Of a stretch of 64,000 bases of DNA, positions 15,001 to 30,000 are shown in pieces. Numbering within the stretch: position 1 is the stretch's first letter; the number at the start of each line of letters is the position of its first letter. This stretch comes from Perkinsus chesapeaki ATCC PRA-425. Taxonomy: Eukaryota > Protista > Perkinsozoa. Location of the stretch: contig JAAPAO010000007.1 in the NCBI GenBank assembly GCA_013115145.1, forward strand, positions 62,001 through 126,000, read 5' to 3'. The notes below the pieces were generated by a model, which had not been told where the DNA came from, did no database searches, and was given only the letters and a program-made list of their open reading frames with translations. Made by a program: the position numbers and the translations under genes.

Positions 15001-18000
15001 ACCGTTGAGATTGCGCTGCCAAACCGAGCAAACGTGCGCATGGATACAGCAGAGCCAACGACCATCATATCCACAACAGATAGGGTTGCCGACAATCGTG
15101 TCGTGCCTAGAATAGACGCTGAGCTACCAACCCGCATGAGGCTTCGCAGAGATAGAGAGCTGCCAAGAGTGGCCGCCCCTACGGCTGTTAAGGATGCTCC
15201 GAGTCGCGAAATTTCTGATAGGCTCATACTGCTGCCAATGCGACACATCTGTCGCAAACTCAGAGATGATCCGAGAACGGTAGCATCTAAGACTGACAAG
15301 GACGAGCTCAAACGTCCAAGAGAGAGAACGCTGATAGATGAACCGAACCGGGCCATGGAGCGGAAGGAGATGGAACTCCCAAGGGACGCGCTGGAGAGGA
15401 CCGACAGAGAAGCATCCAGCCTGGTAACGCCAAGTACCGACACGCCAGATCCAAACCTAGCAAAGTGACGAAGAGATAAGGAACTGCCCAAGGCTCCAAA
15501 GTCCAGTATGGATGAAGAACCGCTAATGCGAGCCATACTCCTTACCGACAGGGAGCTGCCTAGGGTGCTGAAGTCCAAGACAGACATCTTACTGCCAAGT
15601 CGGCCAAAAGAGCGCAACGATAGAGTGCTACCGAACGCTGCCTGCGATAACGCGGATACCGCTCCACAGAGTCTGGTCTTTCCGTAGGTGGATAGCTCGC
15701 CACCCAGACGAGCGAATTGTCTTAAAGACAAAGAGCTCCCCAAAGACGCCGAATCGAAGAGTGAAACCTTCCCGGCCAGACGAGAGGCCCCGGCCACGGA
15801 GAAGGCGGAGCCAAACCTTGCCTGGGATCGTAAAGACAGGGTTGATCCCAGAGACGCTGCCTCGAAGGCTGAAAGCCTGCCACCAAACCGAGCAAACTGT
15901 TGTAGAGAAAGAGAGCTGCCTAGATGCATGCTATCGAAGATAGATATCTGGCCACCGAGGGAGGACTTGCCCGAAATGGATAGATTGCTACCGAGCCTAG
16001 CCATTGCCCTGAGCGAGAGGGTGCTGCCCATGGTCATTTGACCTAGCACAGTCAACGCGCCACCGAATCGAGAGGCACTGGTTACTGATACCGAGCTGCC
16101 GATTCGAGCTACAGCTCTCAAAGACAGTGAACTTCCTAACACCGCGCAGTCAAGGACCGATACGGAACCACCAATGCGAGAGAAGGACCGCAGGGATAGA
16201 GAAGAGCCGAAGGAGGCTTCTCCCAATACACTTAGAGCGGCGCCAACCCGAGTAATATCTAGCGCAGAGCACATAGAACCGATTTGAACAACGCCGACTA
16301 CAGAGAGTGCGCTGCCAAGCCGGGCGAACTTCCTGACAGAGCAGGAGCTTGCGCAGGTAACGAAGTCAAGTACGGAGGTCGACATGCCAATGCGGGCACG
16401 GTCGAAGAGAGACACAGCGCTACCAATCCTGGCAACATAGCGAAGGGAAAGTGAGCTTCCCAGAAGACCGAAGCTGAGAGCTGATAAAGAACCGACGCGG
16501 GCACCCGCTGCAGTTGAAAGGGAAGAACCAAATCTCGCAAAGGTCCTCAAGGACAGAGAACTACCGAGGGCAGCCATGTTCACTGCGGACATAGAGGAGC
16601 CGACAAATGCGCTGCTAAGCGAAGACAGGGAGCTACCCATCCTGACGAAGCTTCGAGTTGATAGAGCACTGCCGACTAAAGTAGAGCCGCAAATGGATGC
16701 AGACGAGCTCAATTGCGTCTTGCCAACCACCGATAGAGCCCCACCAACTCTGGCGAACGACCGCAGGCTCAGCGAACTGCCAAGGGCAGCAGCCTCAACA
16801 ACAGAGAGGCCACCACCATACCGTCCATGGCTGACTACTGACAGAGACGAGCCTAGCCTTGCCACCGAGCGGAGAGATAAGCTGCTACCCAGCGTGACGA
16901 GGTCAACAACACTAAGGCTGCTGCCGATTCCCCCAAAACCAAGGATGGAGTACGAAGAGCCTAACCTACTGAAAGACCTCAATGACAAGGACGAACCGAA
17001 AGCCATAGAGTCCAGTACAGAGAGGTGGCTGCTGAGCCGCGTTTGCCCAAATACCGATAGGGCTCCACCAGCACGAGAGAACGAGCGGGCTGATAAGGAG
17101 CTCCCCAGCTGCGCAAAGTCGAACAGAGACACACCACCCCCGAAGCGGCCAATGCCACGAAGGGACAAAGTGCTCCCCAGAGTAGTGCAATCGTATGCCG
17201 ATACCGCACCGCTGAAGCGGCTATAGCTTCTAACGGACAGTGATGATCCAAAGGTGACAGCGTCGAGAGCTGACAAAGTTCCGGCCATACGAGTGCCGGT
17301 AAAAACTGATATATCGGAGCCAAATCTGGCGAAGTTACGCAAGGAGAAGGAGCTACCGAGACTGATGAAGTCTGTTGAGGAGACCTTGCTACCAAGTCGG
17401 GCGAAAGACCGTAGCGACATACTCGAGCTGAAGGTGGCCGCAGATACCACGGACAGGGCGCCTCCGAGAGCTGAGTCACCAAAGACGCTGACTGAGCTGC
17501 CAACACGGGCGAAGCTCCTCAGAGACAGGGTGCTGCCTAGAGTTACGGCACCTACCACAGAGGTGGCTGCTCCGAGCCTAGAAGCACCGAAGACAGATAC
17601 AGAAGAGCCAACGCGGAGCTGAGCACGGAGAGATAGCGCACTTCCGACGGTGACGAAGTCCATAACGGATGAGCTTCCTCTGAACCTTGACCAGCCATAG
17701 CAAGATAGGTTGCTGCCAAGGCGTCCGCTGCTCCTCAATGAGAGGGATGAGCCGAGGTTGAGGTAGTCCAATATAGAACACGAGGATCCGAAGCGGCCTG
17801 CTCCAGCAAGTGACAGCTGGCTACCAAGCTTGGCGATGCTGCGGATGGATAAACTGCTACCAAGGACGGCCATCTCAAATGCAGATAGGCTGCCACCTAG
17901 ACGACTCGCACCCGCGACAGAGACTGCAGATCCGAGCCGAGCATATCCACGAAGGGAACAAGTGCTACCCATGTGGACGGCATCGAAGACACTAAGGATC

Positions 18001-21000
18001 GAGCCAAGGCGAGCAACACCGTAGAGGGAGAGACCGCTGCCTAGCCGTACACAGGAACGCAGCGATACCGAACTGCTCATTTCTACCTGTTGGAAGACCG
18101 AGAGGACACCGCCAAGACGGGACTTGCTGGCAGCGGAGAAGGCACTCCCCACCCTCGCGAAGGACCGCAAGGACAAAGCACTGCCAAGGTTACTACTGCC
18201 CAGAGCTGAAAGGGCCGCACCACAGGCTGCCGTGGACGTCACAGAGAAGGACGAGCCAACTCTTCCGAAGCCGCGAAGAGATAGTGCTGACCCAAGCAAG
18301 GTAGCATCTAAGGTCGACAGAGCAGCACCAAGCCTTGAAACGGCAGTCACACTGACAACAGAACCGAAGCGGGCAAAGGATCTCATTGACACTGAGGATC
18401 CGAGGGCAGCAGCATCGAGGACGCTCATACGAGAGCCAAACCTGGCCAAGGCGCAGGCCGAGAAGGAACTTCCAAGCCTAGCCATTCCACGGAGGCTAAG
18501 AGTGCTGCCGAGGTGCAGCTGTTGTACAACAGAAAGCTTGCCACCAACACGCGCGAATGAGCGAAGCGACAAGGACGATCCAAGATGAACCTCCGCCAGA
18601 ACGGACAGACTATCGCCAACTCGAGCCAGATCAAGGATCGAGGTGGCAGAGCCGACAATAGCGGTGCCGACCAGTGATAAGCTGCTGCCAAATCTCGCGA
18701 AGTCTCTTAATGAGAGGGAGCTCCCGAGGAGCTGGCGGTCGACGAGGGACATGGTCGAACCGAAGCGAGTCCAGGAGAAGACCGAGAGGCTACTACCGAA
18801 CCTCGCGAGTGTCCGAAGTGAGAGGGCGCTGCCAAGCTGGGTGTAGTCCAATATTGATACTTTGCTGCCCAGCCGAGCGAAGGACCTCAGAGAAATGCTA
18901 GATCCGAATTCAGTTCGGCTTAGTACACTCGCGGAAGCTCCGAACTTCGCCTGACCAATAACTGACACACCACTGCCGAGGCGAATGGCGGCACGAAGAG
19001 ACAGTGAGCTACCAAGAGTGGTGGCGTCAACCACAGAGACCGTCTTGCCCATCCTGGCTTTGTCGAGAAGAGACAAAGATGAACCAAGACGCACAACATT
19101 ACGTAGGGACAGGCTGCTGCCTAACGTGAAGTAGTCTAGTATGGAGGCTGATGAGCCTAACCTGGCGAAGGTGCGCAGGGAGAGCGAGCTGCCGAGCTCG
19201 GCTTGTTCGATAACCGAGAGGCCAGATACACGAGCGAGACCAACTGCTGAGACCTGGCTGCCTAGCCGGAGGGCGCATCGTACTGACAACGCGCTGCCGA
19301 AGAGGACGTAATTGAGAGCGCTCAGCTTCGAGCTCAGTCGAGCCTGAGTTCTAAGAGACAAAGAACTGCCGAGGTGAGCGAAGTCAACGGTGCTAATGCT
19401 CTTCCCGAGCCTTGCGAAGCCTCTTATAGACAGGGTGCTACCGAAAGTGGTCGCATCGAGTACGGACAGAGAGTCACCAAGTCGGGTCCAGTCGAGGACG
19501 GAAAGAGACGAGCCGACGCGGACAAGTCCGAGAGTCGACAGACTGCTTCCGATGCGACTGGTGCTGCGCAAAGATAGGCTGCTGCCGAAAGCAACGAAAT
19601 CCACTGTACTCAAAGAGGCGCCGAGCCTGACAGTGGAAAGGGCCGACATGGAGCTGCCCAACCTGGCGAAGCTCCGTAAGGATGCCGCACTTCCCAGATG
19701 AGTGACGTCTACCACCGACAAGGATATACCGACGCGAGCTCCACCAACAGCAGAGATCGAGCTTCCCAGTCTAGTAGAAGCTCGTAAGGACAGAGCACTG
19801 CCGAGGAAGGTTGCCCCCACGGCACTTAAGCTGGCTCCGAGCCTCGATGTAGAACATACGGAAATAGAACTTCCTAATCGAGCGAATCCTCGAGTTGAGA
19901 GGGAACTTCCTAAGTGAGTGAAGTCCAGCACCGACAGGTCCTGCCCAAGGCGAGTGGTATCAAGCGCGGACAGAGGGCCACCAATGCGAGTGTCCGACAG
20001 AACGCTGATCGTGCTTCCTATCCTAGCAGCGGCTCTGATGGATAAAGTGCTACCGAAAACAACCTGGTCGAGGACCGTCAGGGAAGCACCCATCCGTGTA
20101 GCGCCTATCACTGACACTGTGCTGCCGGAACGGAAGAAGCTTCTCAATGATAGAGAACTACCGAACTCAGAGACATCTAGCACAGACAGGGAACTGCCTG
20201 CTTTAACGAAGCTCCTCATTGACAGCGAGGATCCAAACTGAGCCTTGCACATTACGGAGATTTGGTCACCGAGCCGAGAGATACCTCGGACCGATATAGC
20301 CGAGCCTACTCGAGCAAATGCCCTCAGGGATAGCGAGCTAGCAAGAGTCGATGAGCCAATGACGCTCAACGCATCGGCCATACGGGTACGGCCGAAGATG
20401 GACAGTGAACTCCCGAATCTCGCCAATCCTCGAAGAGACAATGAGCTGCCCAGCTCGGTGGCGGCCAAAACTGAAGCACCATCCGATATTCGAGCAAAGG
20501 ACCGCATCGAAAGCGAGCTTCCTAGGTGAGTCTGACTCACGACGCTCAAGGAGGATCCAGCTCGAGCAAGACCAAGCAACGAGCACCCACTTCCGAGCCT
20601 TCCGACAGCTCGAAGGGATAAGCTGCTGCCGAGATTGGAATAATCGAACAATGATACCCGACCGCCGAAGCGAGCAAACCGTGTGAGCGAGAGAGAGCTG
20701 CCAAGAGTCATTGCATCAACGGCCGATAGGGCAGACTGGAATCGTGCCAAGCCGGAGACAGAGAGATCGCTACCAAGGCGAGCTGTCGCTCTAACAGATA
20801 GAGTGCTTCCAAGAGCGACGTAGTCCATAATGGAGAGATAGCTTCCGGCCCTGAGGAAGGAACGAACCGAGAGGGAAGATCCGACCGTAGTGCAGTCCAG
20901 AACGGAGAGAGAGCCGCCGAACCGGGACAGGCCATACGCGGAGCAGCAGCTGCCGAAACGAGACAAGCTCCTCACAGACAGTGAGCTGCCCAGCCACACG

Positions 21001-24000
21001 TGGTCAAGCACAGACACGGAAGCACCAAGACGAGCAGCACCGAACACGGATGCCGCACTGCCAGCCTTCATGAAGGCTCTCAGCGATAAGGAGCTGCCAA
21101 GATGGACCATGTCGAGCGCAGTTAGCGACTCTCCGAGCCGCGCACGTCCGGCAAGGGACAGTGTACTGCCAACCCGGAGCATCTCCCTCAGAGAGAGGGA
21201 AGAGGCCAAGGTTGCGAAGTCGAGCACTGAAAGGCTGTCACCAAACCTCACGGATTCCATCGCGGATAAGCTGCTACCAATGCGTAGGTAAGCTCGTAAC
21301 GACAGCGTGCTGCCCATATTGACGAAGTCGAACACCGATACGGAGCTGCCTACTCTACCAAAACCGAATACGGATAGAGCCGAACCCAGGCGAGTGAAAG
21401 ACCGTACCGAGAGAGCGCTCCCAAGTAGGAAGAAATCAGCGACGCTGATTGAGCTACCGAGCCTGACCGCAGAGTAGACGGAAAGCCTAGAGCCAGCTCT
21501 GGCGAACCCTCTCAAAGAAATAGTGCTGCCGAGGGCAGCGCTGTTGAGGAGGGACATGGTGCCACCAAGGCGGGCTCCTGCGAATACTGATAGACCACTG
21601 CCAATGCGTCCTAGAGATTTCGTCGAAAACGTAGATCCAAGAGACGCCATGTCAAGCAAGGATAGGGAGGATCCAAAGCGGGAAGCTCCAGCTACGCTCA
21701 GAGTGCTGCCGAACCTCGCCAGGGATCGTAGTGACATAGAACTACTCAGAATTGCAAATCCAACTGCAGATGTTGCGGCGCCGAGGCGGCTAGTGGACTG
21801 CAATGAAAGACCACTTCCAAGTCTTGCGAAGCTCCGAATGGACAGAGAACTACCGAGAGCGGCCGAGCCAAGGGAGCTCGTCACGGCACCTAGCCTTGAA
21901 GTACCGAACGCTGAGAATTGACCACCAAACCTAACGAACTGGCGGAGAGACAGAGAGCTTCCCAAAACGGTAGAGTCCAGCAAAGTAGTACTACTCCCCA
22001 GCTTACTGGTACCGTAAAGACTGAGGGCTGACCCCAGGCGAACAAAGGCGCGTAAAGATAGGGAGCTGCCGAAGTGGGCTTGGGCGAGTACCGTGAGTTG
22101 ACTGGCAAGCTTAGAAGCTCCTAAGACGCTAACCGAGCTGCCGACGCGAGCAAATGTTCTCAATGACAGGGCGCTAGCCAAAGTGACTGTATTGACGGTA
22201 GAAAGGACACTGCCTAATCTAGCTGTGCCAAAGACCGAAAGCCTGCTTCCCATTCTGACAAGGCCACGAAGGGACAGACTACTCGAGAGAGCAGTGTAGT
22301 CAACAGCACTGAACGAGCTTCCGAAACGAGCCAAGCCGAACACCGACAGGCAGCTACCAAATCTGGCAACTGATCGCAACGACATCACGCTGCCCATAGA
22401 AGCCCAGTCGAATAAAGAGATTGACTCTCCGAACCTCGACTTGGCTGCAACACTTAGCGAGCTGCCTAGCCTGGTGAAGGACCTAGCAGATAGGCAGGAA
22501 CCAGCGTAGATCCAGTTATCTCCTGAGAGGGCGGAGCCCAGTCGTACAGCCTCGTATACAGATAGAGTGCTGCCAAGTCTAGCATAGTGACGCAAGGATA
22601 GGCTCGAGCCAAGTGTGACGAAGTCAAAGATGGAGGCACTGGAGCCTTGGCGAGCAAGACCGAATAGTGAGAGGGCCGAACCGAGCTTCTGAGTACAACG
22701 CACTGACAGAGTGCTGCCCATATGGGTAAAGTCTAAAACCGACAAAGCGCTTCCAAACCGGGTGGCACCAAAAACGGACACCGAACTACCCACTCGGAGA
22801 AGATCTCTCAGGGAGAGACAGCTGCCCAAGGCCAGGAAGTCCAGAGCCGACAAGGAGCTTCCGATGCGCTGACATCCTACGGTAGACAGAGCAGAGCCAA
22901 CCCGGGCAAAAGTACGCAAGGAGAGAGTACTGCCGAGAGTCGCTCGGTCCAGGCCACTGAGAGAGCTGCCAAGCCTCGAGCCACCGAGTACTGACAGAGA
23001 GCTGCCGACGCGCACGAACGTACGGACTGAGAGATTGCTGCCCATGCTAGCCAAGTCGGCAACAGATGCTGAACCCCCAATCTTCGCATAGCCCCACACA
23101 GACATAGCACTCCCCATACGAGCGCCAGATCGAAGAGAAAGACTGCTGCCAAAGTTGGCGCACCCTAACACCGACAAACTCTTACCAAGTCTAGCATAGG
23201 ACCTTAGAGAAAGAGTCGATCCAAAGGAACTGGCATTCAACGCACTAAGTGTGCTGCCAAGTGAAGCTCTGCCGAGCGCCGAAACGAGACCGCCAATGCG
23301 GGCTTGGCCATATGCTGAGGCACTGCTGCCCAAGCGAGAAAAAGACCTCAACGACAGAGTGCTGCCCACGAATGCCGAGCCGACGGTCGACAATGTGCTT
23401 CCATAACGTACAAGACCGAAGGTGCTGATCTGACTGCCGGCCCTTACGTAAGACCTTAGAGATAGTGTCGAGCCTAGCGTGGCAGCATCGAAAAGTGATA
23501 AGGCAGATCCGAACCGCGCCAAGGAGAAACAGGATAGAGCCGATCCAGCACGCGTAACACTGCGAACCGACAAAGCGCTGCCATAGCCAACCATGTCAAA
23601 CACGCTCAGGGATGCTCCGAGGCGGGACAAGCTGCCAACGCTTAGTGCACTGCCGGCACGAATGAAAGACCTCAACGACGTAGCTGATCCCATCTGAACA
23701 TAGTCCAAGACTGACAGGGCGCTGCCAAGCCTAGCCACACCGTACACAGTGAGGCCTGAGCCAAGTCTAACGAAGCTACGGGCCGATAGACAGCTGCCGA
23801 GTTGTTTCTGCCCAACGACTGAGCACTCAGTACCGATTCGGCACGAACCCAGCACGGATACACTCGAGCCCATTCTGAAAGCAGCTCTGAGAGAAAGGCT
23901 AGAACCTAGGGTGGTGGAGTCTAGAGCTGTCAGCGTTCGACCAAGCCTGAGGGTCTCTACTATAGAGATAGCACTGCCAATCCTGAGCAGCTGCCTCAGG

Positions 24001-27000
24001 CTCAAAGAGGAGGCCAGCGTAGTCGAGGCCAGCACTGACATACTGCTGCCGAGACGCGCTGAACCGTACACCGAGGCCACACTGCCGCATCTCGAAAAAG
24101 CTCTCACTGACGCACTTGAGCCGAGGAACACACAGTCCATGACGGACATGGCTGAGCCGAACCTCGAGATACCGAGTACAGACAAGGTGGAGCCCAGTCT
24201 GATAAGGCTACGCAAAGAAGTGCTGGAGCCGAGGGCTAAATAGTCAAGGACACTCATAGAGCTACCGATCTGAGATTTTAGCATCACCGAGGCCGCACTG
24301 CCGATCCGGGCAAAGTTGCGCAATGACATAGCACTGCCGAGGTGGGCAGCTCCAAGGATTGAGACAACAGAGCGGATTCGAGCAAGGCCGAACGTAGATA
24401 GATTGCTACCGAATCGAGCCACAGCACGGAGAGATAGAGCGGAGCCCAGAGAGGCATAGTCGAAGGCAGACGTTTGTTTGCGAAGGCGAGAGCAGCCTGT
24501 TACACTAAGGGCACTGCCTAGTCGAACGATCGCCCTTAACGAGAGCGAGCTGCCGAAGTGAGAGAACCCCACCACTGACAGACTAGAGCCAACTCGGCCC
24601 ATGGAGGCAATCGAGAGGCTACTGCCAAGTCTGGCAAAGTTGCGGATAGATAGGCTTGATCCAAGGTTGACGTAATCTAGGATTGATAGAGCCGACTGAA
24701 TATTGGTTTGACCGAATGTCGCACTACTGCCAAGCTTGAGAATACCCTGAACGGAGAGGCTCGAGCCCAGAGACACCTGGTCTAGAACCGATAAGGCGCT
24801 TCCAAAGCGAGCAAGCCCGAACGTCGACATGGCGCTGCCGACACGTAGGAAGTGCCTCACTGAGATGGAGCTACTGAACGTCGCACAGTCGCAAACGCTG
24901 AGAGCGGATCCTAAGCGGGCTAAAGAGAAGAGAGAGAGGTTGCTGCCCATCTTCATTATGGCGCGGAGGGAGAGCGCAGAGCCCAGGTTCACCAGGTCAA
25001 GCACCGACAGCTGCGAGCCGAGCCTCGCCGCACCGAAGAGCGAATAGGAGCTACCAATCTTGGCCGTAGACCGCAGAGAAAGAGAGGAGCCTAGGACGCT
25101 GATGTCCATCACGGATAGCGCACCAAGCCTGGTGGCGCCTACGATTGACACAGTGTTACCGGATCGGACAGCTCCACGAATGGAAAGCGTACTGCCGATG
25201 CTGGCCCAATCAAAGACGGAAACCGAGCTGCCCAGCCTGGCCAAACCAAATAGAGACACCGAGCTGCCGGACCTCGAGAAGCTTCGGAGAGATAACGCGC
25301 TAGAGAAATGCACACAGTCGAGAGAGGACAGGGAACTGCCCAGCCTCAACACACTATGCAAAGACAGGCCACTGCCAAACCTGGCCACAGATCTTACCGA
25401 AAGAGAGCTACCAAGCAGTGCGAAGCCGATTACTGACAGAGAAGAGCCGAGTCGACCCGTACTAAGGAGAGATACACTAGAACCGAACTTGGCCATAGCC
25501 CGCAACGACACCGAGCTGGCGAGAGCACAGAAGTCCATAATGGAGGTTCGATCGCCGTGTGAGACTCGGCCTAGCACACTCATACCGCTGCCAATTCGAG
25601 AGGCAGAGCGAACAGACAATGTCGAGGCCAGAGTAGTGAAATCGAGTACTGAAAGCGAGCAGCCGAACCTTGTCCTACCAAAGGCCGAAACAGCCGAGCC
25701 AAACCGGCTGAAACTCCTCAGGGAGAGGCTCGAACCCGCAGTGGCAAAATCTAAAACCGATAAGGCTGATCCAAGGCGAGCCAGACTAAGCATGGACAGA
25801 CTCGATCCCATTCGCATGGTGCCACGGAGGGAGAAGGCGCTTCCGAGGTTAACAAAATCGAAGGTCGAGAGGCTGCTGCCGATTCGGGTAACACCGTATG
25901 TTGACATGCCCGAACCAAGACGAGAGAAGCTGCGGATGCTCACCGAGCTGCTGACAGTGACCAAATCGACAGTGCTCACCAGCGAGCCGAAACGAGCGCC
26001 ACCGTAGGCGGAGATAGTGCTGCCAATACGGGCTACGTTACGTAGAGAGAGGGAGCTGCCGAGCTGCAAGAAGTCAAGAGCGGAGCATGCCGAACCAAGC
26101 CTCGCCGCACCGAAGAGCGACAGACTACTACCCATGCGAGCGGCTTGGCGCAAGGAAAGGGTTGAGCCGAAGCTGACCGTATCAAGCACAGAAACGCTGC
26201 TACCAATACGTGAGGTCCCGTAGCATGACAGGAGACTGCCAAACCGGCTGAATGATCGGATAGATAGAGACGATCCAAGGTGGGCGTGTGCAACCACAGT
26301 GAGGACCGAGCCAAACCTGGCCGAGCTCAAGAGACTCAAAGAGCTTCCCAAGCGAGAATAGGACCTCAGGGATAGGCTACTTCCAAGGTGAACTTCGCAG
26401 ACTGTCGATAAAGCCTTGCCGAGGCGAGCACCAGAATAAACGCTTATGGAGCTGCCAATGCGGCTATAGATACGCAATGACAGAGAGCTGCCTAGCGTGG
26501 CGAAGTCAAGGGCACTAAGGAAGCCGCCGACTCTGCCGTGTGATACCACTGAAAGAGAGCTGCCGACTCTGACAAACTGCCTGACGGAAAGAGAAGAACC
26601 GAAGTCGACCAATCCCAGCACGCTGAGAGATGAACCGACACGTGTGACGCCTAGCAGAGAGCATGCGCTGCCGACCTTCGCAGAGAATCGAATAGACAGC
26701 GCGCTGCCAAGATTGGCAAAGTCAACGGCAGAGATAGAGGCACCGAGCCGAGTCCGACCAAGCGCACTTAAGCTGCTACCAAACCGGGCCATGTTCCGGA
26801 GTGAAAGACTGCTGCCGAGAACAGCAGCATCGAAGGCTGAAAGTCTGCTGCCGAGACGGCCCATGCCGAGGATGCTCAATGACGATCCGAATCTGGCGAA
26901 TCCAGATAAGGATACCGTACTGCCTAACGACGCGAAGTCCAAGATAGAGACCGAGCTGGCAAGACGGAGGCAAGAGAATGCCGACAGGGTTGAGCCCATG

Positions 27001-30000
27001 CGGACGAAGTTCCTCAAGGACAGGCTACTGGCGAGATGGACAAAGTCCAATGCGCTCAGAGAGGATCCCAGACGAGTCACACCAACAATGCTCAGGGAGG
27101 AGCCTACTCGGGCAAGCCTCCTTACAGATAAGCTGCTGCCAAGTTGGACGAAATCTATGGCACTGAGGTCTTTGGAGAGTCTGGCCTGACCAAGAACGGA
27201 CAGAGATGATCCAACTCGGGCGAAGCACCTGACGCTCAAGGCCGAGCCCATGAGAATGAAATCAGTCGTAGACTGGCTTGCGCCAAACCTTGCAGTACAC
27301 ATAGTTGAGATTGAGGAGCCTATCCTCGCCATGTATCGCACTGAGAGAGCGCTACCCAGGGCAGCCTGCTCCATGAGGCTCATGCTCGAGCTGAAGCGCG
27401 CACCGCCCAGCATAGACAGTCCTGAGCCTAGACGGAAGAGAGATCGAGTAGATAGTGAACTGCCCATAGAAAGGAAGTCCAGCACCGAGAAGGATGCACC
27501 AAACCGAGCTGCTGATGTGACAGAGAGGGTGCTGCCATACCGGGCGAAGTGCCTAACAGACAGGGCGCTGCCAACAGTAACGAAGTCCATGACAGAGTTT
27601 GAGCCACAGAAGCGAGTCTTGCCAAATACAGATAGGCCAGAGCCCAGCCGAGAAACACTCCTTAAGGACACCGTGCTACCGATAGCTGCTAGATCCAGTA
27701 CGCTCAGACTGCCACCGAAGCGAGCAATCCCGAACAAGGACATTCTTGAGCCCAGCCTGGCCGCTGACCGTATAGACAGTGAGCTACCGAGCGCTGTTGC
27801 TCCGACGACTGAAAGGCTCTTGCCGAGTCTCGACGTTGCATAGAGTGAGAGTGAACTACCCATGCGGGCCGCTGCTCTCAGGGAAAAGGCGCTGCCCAAA
27901 GCTATGCAGTCTAGAGCTGACAGCTGGCTGCCTATACGAGACATACCATACACTGACAATGCACTACCGAACCGAATGAAACTACGTGCTGAGAGACTTG
28001 AGCCAATATGGCAACGGCCGACAGCACTTACAGCGGAGCCGACTCTGGCAAGGCCAGCTATGGAGATACCCGAGCCCAGTCTGGTAGTGGTCCTCACAGA
28101 GAGGCTGCTGCCCAAATGTAGATAGTCAAGCACCGACATTGATTTCGCCAGGCGTGCGCCGCCGGCGACACTGAGAGAGCTAGACAAACGGACCATAGTA
28201 CGCACCGACAGGGAAGACCCAAGTTGGAGGAAGTCCAATACACTCATGTCGCCACATATTTTAGCACGACTCAGAACAGATAAAGAGCTACCAAGACGAG
28301 CCAGCTGCCGCAGAGAAAGAGACGAGCTGAATGTGGCAAAGTCAACGAGGCTGATAGAGTCACCGAAGCGGGCCATGCCAGTAAGGGAGAGGCTAGAGCC
28401 CATCCTAGTAAAGGACCGCAGGGACAGAGAGCTGCCCATAGCAGCATGAGCGAGAGTAGACAAGGACCCACCCAATCGAGACCTATCGAACACGGTGAAA
28501 GAGCTGCCGAACCTCACGAAGCTTCTTAAAGACAAAGAGCTCGACACTGCTGTACACTTGAGGACAGATAGCGATCCACCAAGCCTAGAACTTTCGAAAA
28601 CAGAGAGGCAACTGCCTAGCCTGGTGAATGCTCGAAGCGACAGTGAGCTGCCCAGTTCCACGTTGGCCATAGAGCTCATGCAGCTGCCGAGCCGAGAGGC
28701 CGATAACACCGAGATACTCGAGCCGACTCTGGCAGTCGCTCGAAGTGATAGAGAAGAGCCAAGAAGGATGGAATCCATTATAGATACCTCTGAACCGAGT
28801 CTAGCCAGGCTGAAGAGCGAGCACTGGCTGCCGAGACGTGCTTGGCCTCTCAGGGACAGAGTGCTCCCGAACGAGGCAAATGCTAAGACGCTCAAGGCCG
28901 ACCCGAGGCGAGCCGAACCAAATAAAGAGCAGGTGCTGCCCATCCTAGCAAAGGTGCGCAGAGAAAGGGACGAGCCGATGGCTGTCTCGTGCATTATGGA
29001 GGTTTGAGAACCAATGCGGGCCATACCAACAGTGCTTATGGAGGAACCGATACGAGCAAAATCTCTAATTGACAGAGAGCTGCCTAAATGGACTGCGGCG
29101 AGCACAGACATAGTACTGCCCAATCTAGCCATACCCAAGGCAGAGACACGACCACCGATGCGGACGAAGTTCCTTAAGGAAAGAGACGAGCCGAGGCCTG
29201 CAGAGTCCAGGACGGACAGCTGCTCACCAACACGCGCTCTTGATACTACGGATAGGCTGCTACCTACTCTAGCGAATGTACGCAACGATAGAGAGCTTGC
29301 TAGTGTAGTGAAGTCAACTGTTGAGAGAGTACTGCCTAGTCTAACAAGGCCGAACGTGGAGATAGAACTGCCCATGCGAGATGAGTCTCTAAGGGACAGC
29401 GAGCTACCCAAATGGAAGTAGTCTAGAACTGAACATGCCGAGCCAACTCTAGTGACACCGAAGATGCTCTGGTGGGAGCCAAGACGGGCATAGCTTCTGA
29501 GGGATAGGGAACTACTGAAGTAACCACCATCGAAGACAGAAAGAGAGGATCCCAGCCTCGCCACACCCATTACAGAGAAACCGCTGCCGAAGCGAGCGAA
29601 CCTAGCTAGGCTCAGAGAGCTGCTCAAATGCACCGCATTAAGGACGGTGAGTGCTGAGCCGAAGCAGGCCTTGGCCATGACGGAGCAAGTCGAACCCAGT
29701 CTGGAGAACCCTCGTAAGGAAAGGCCACTGGCGATCTCCGTGAAACTTAAAACAGACATAACATCCCCAAGCCTGGCCGCGCTGAGCAGCGAGATGGTAC
29801 TGCCTAACCTGGCAAATTCGCGGAGCGATAGCGAGCTGCCCAAGTGAGTGAAGTCCAGTATCGACGCTGCTGAACCGAGCCGGGTCACAGCAAAGGCCGA
29901 ACAAGAGCTGCCAAGCCTTGCAACTGCCCGGAGAGAGACAGAGCTACCGAATGCCGCAAAGTCGAGGGCACTGAGGGAGAGGCCGAGCCTGGCTAGACCA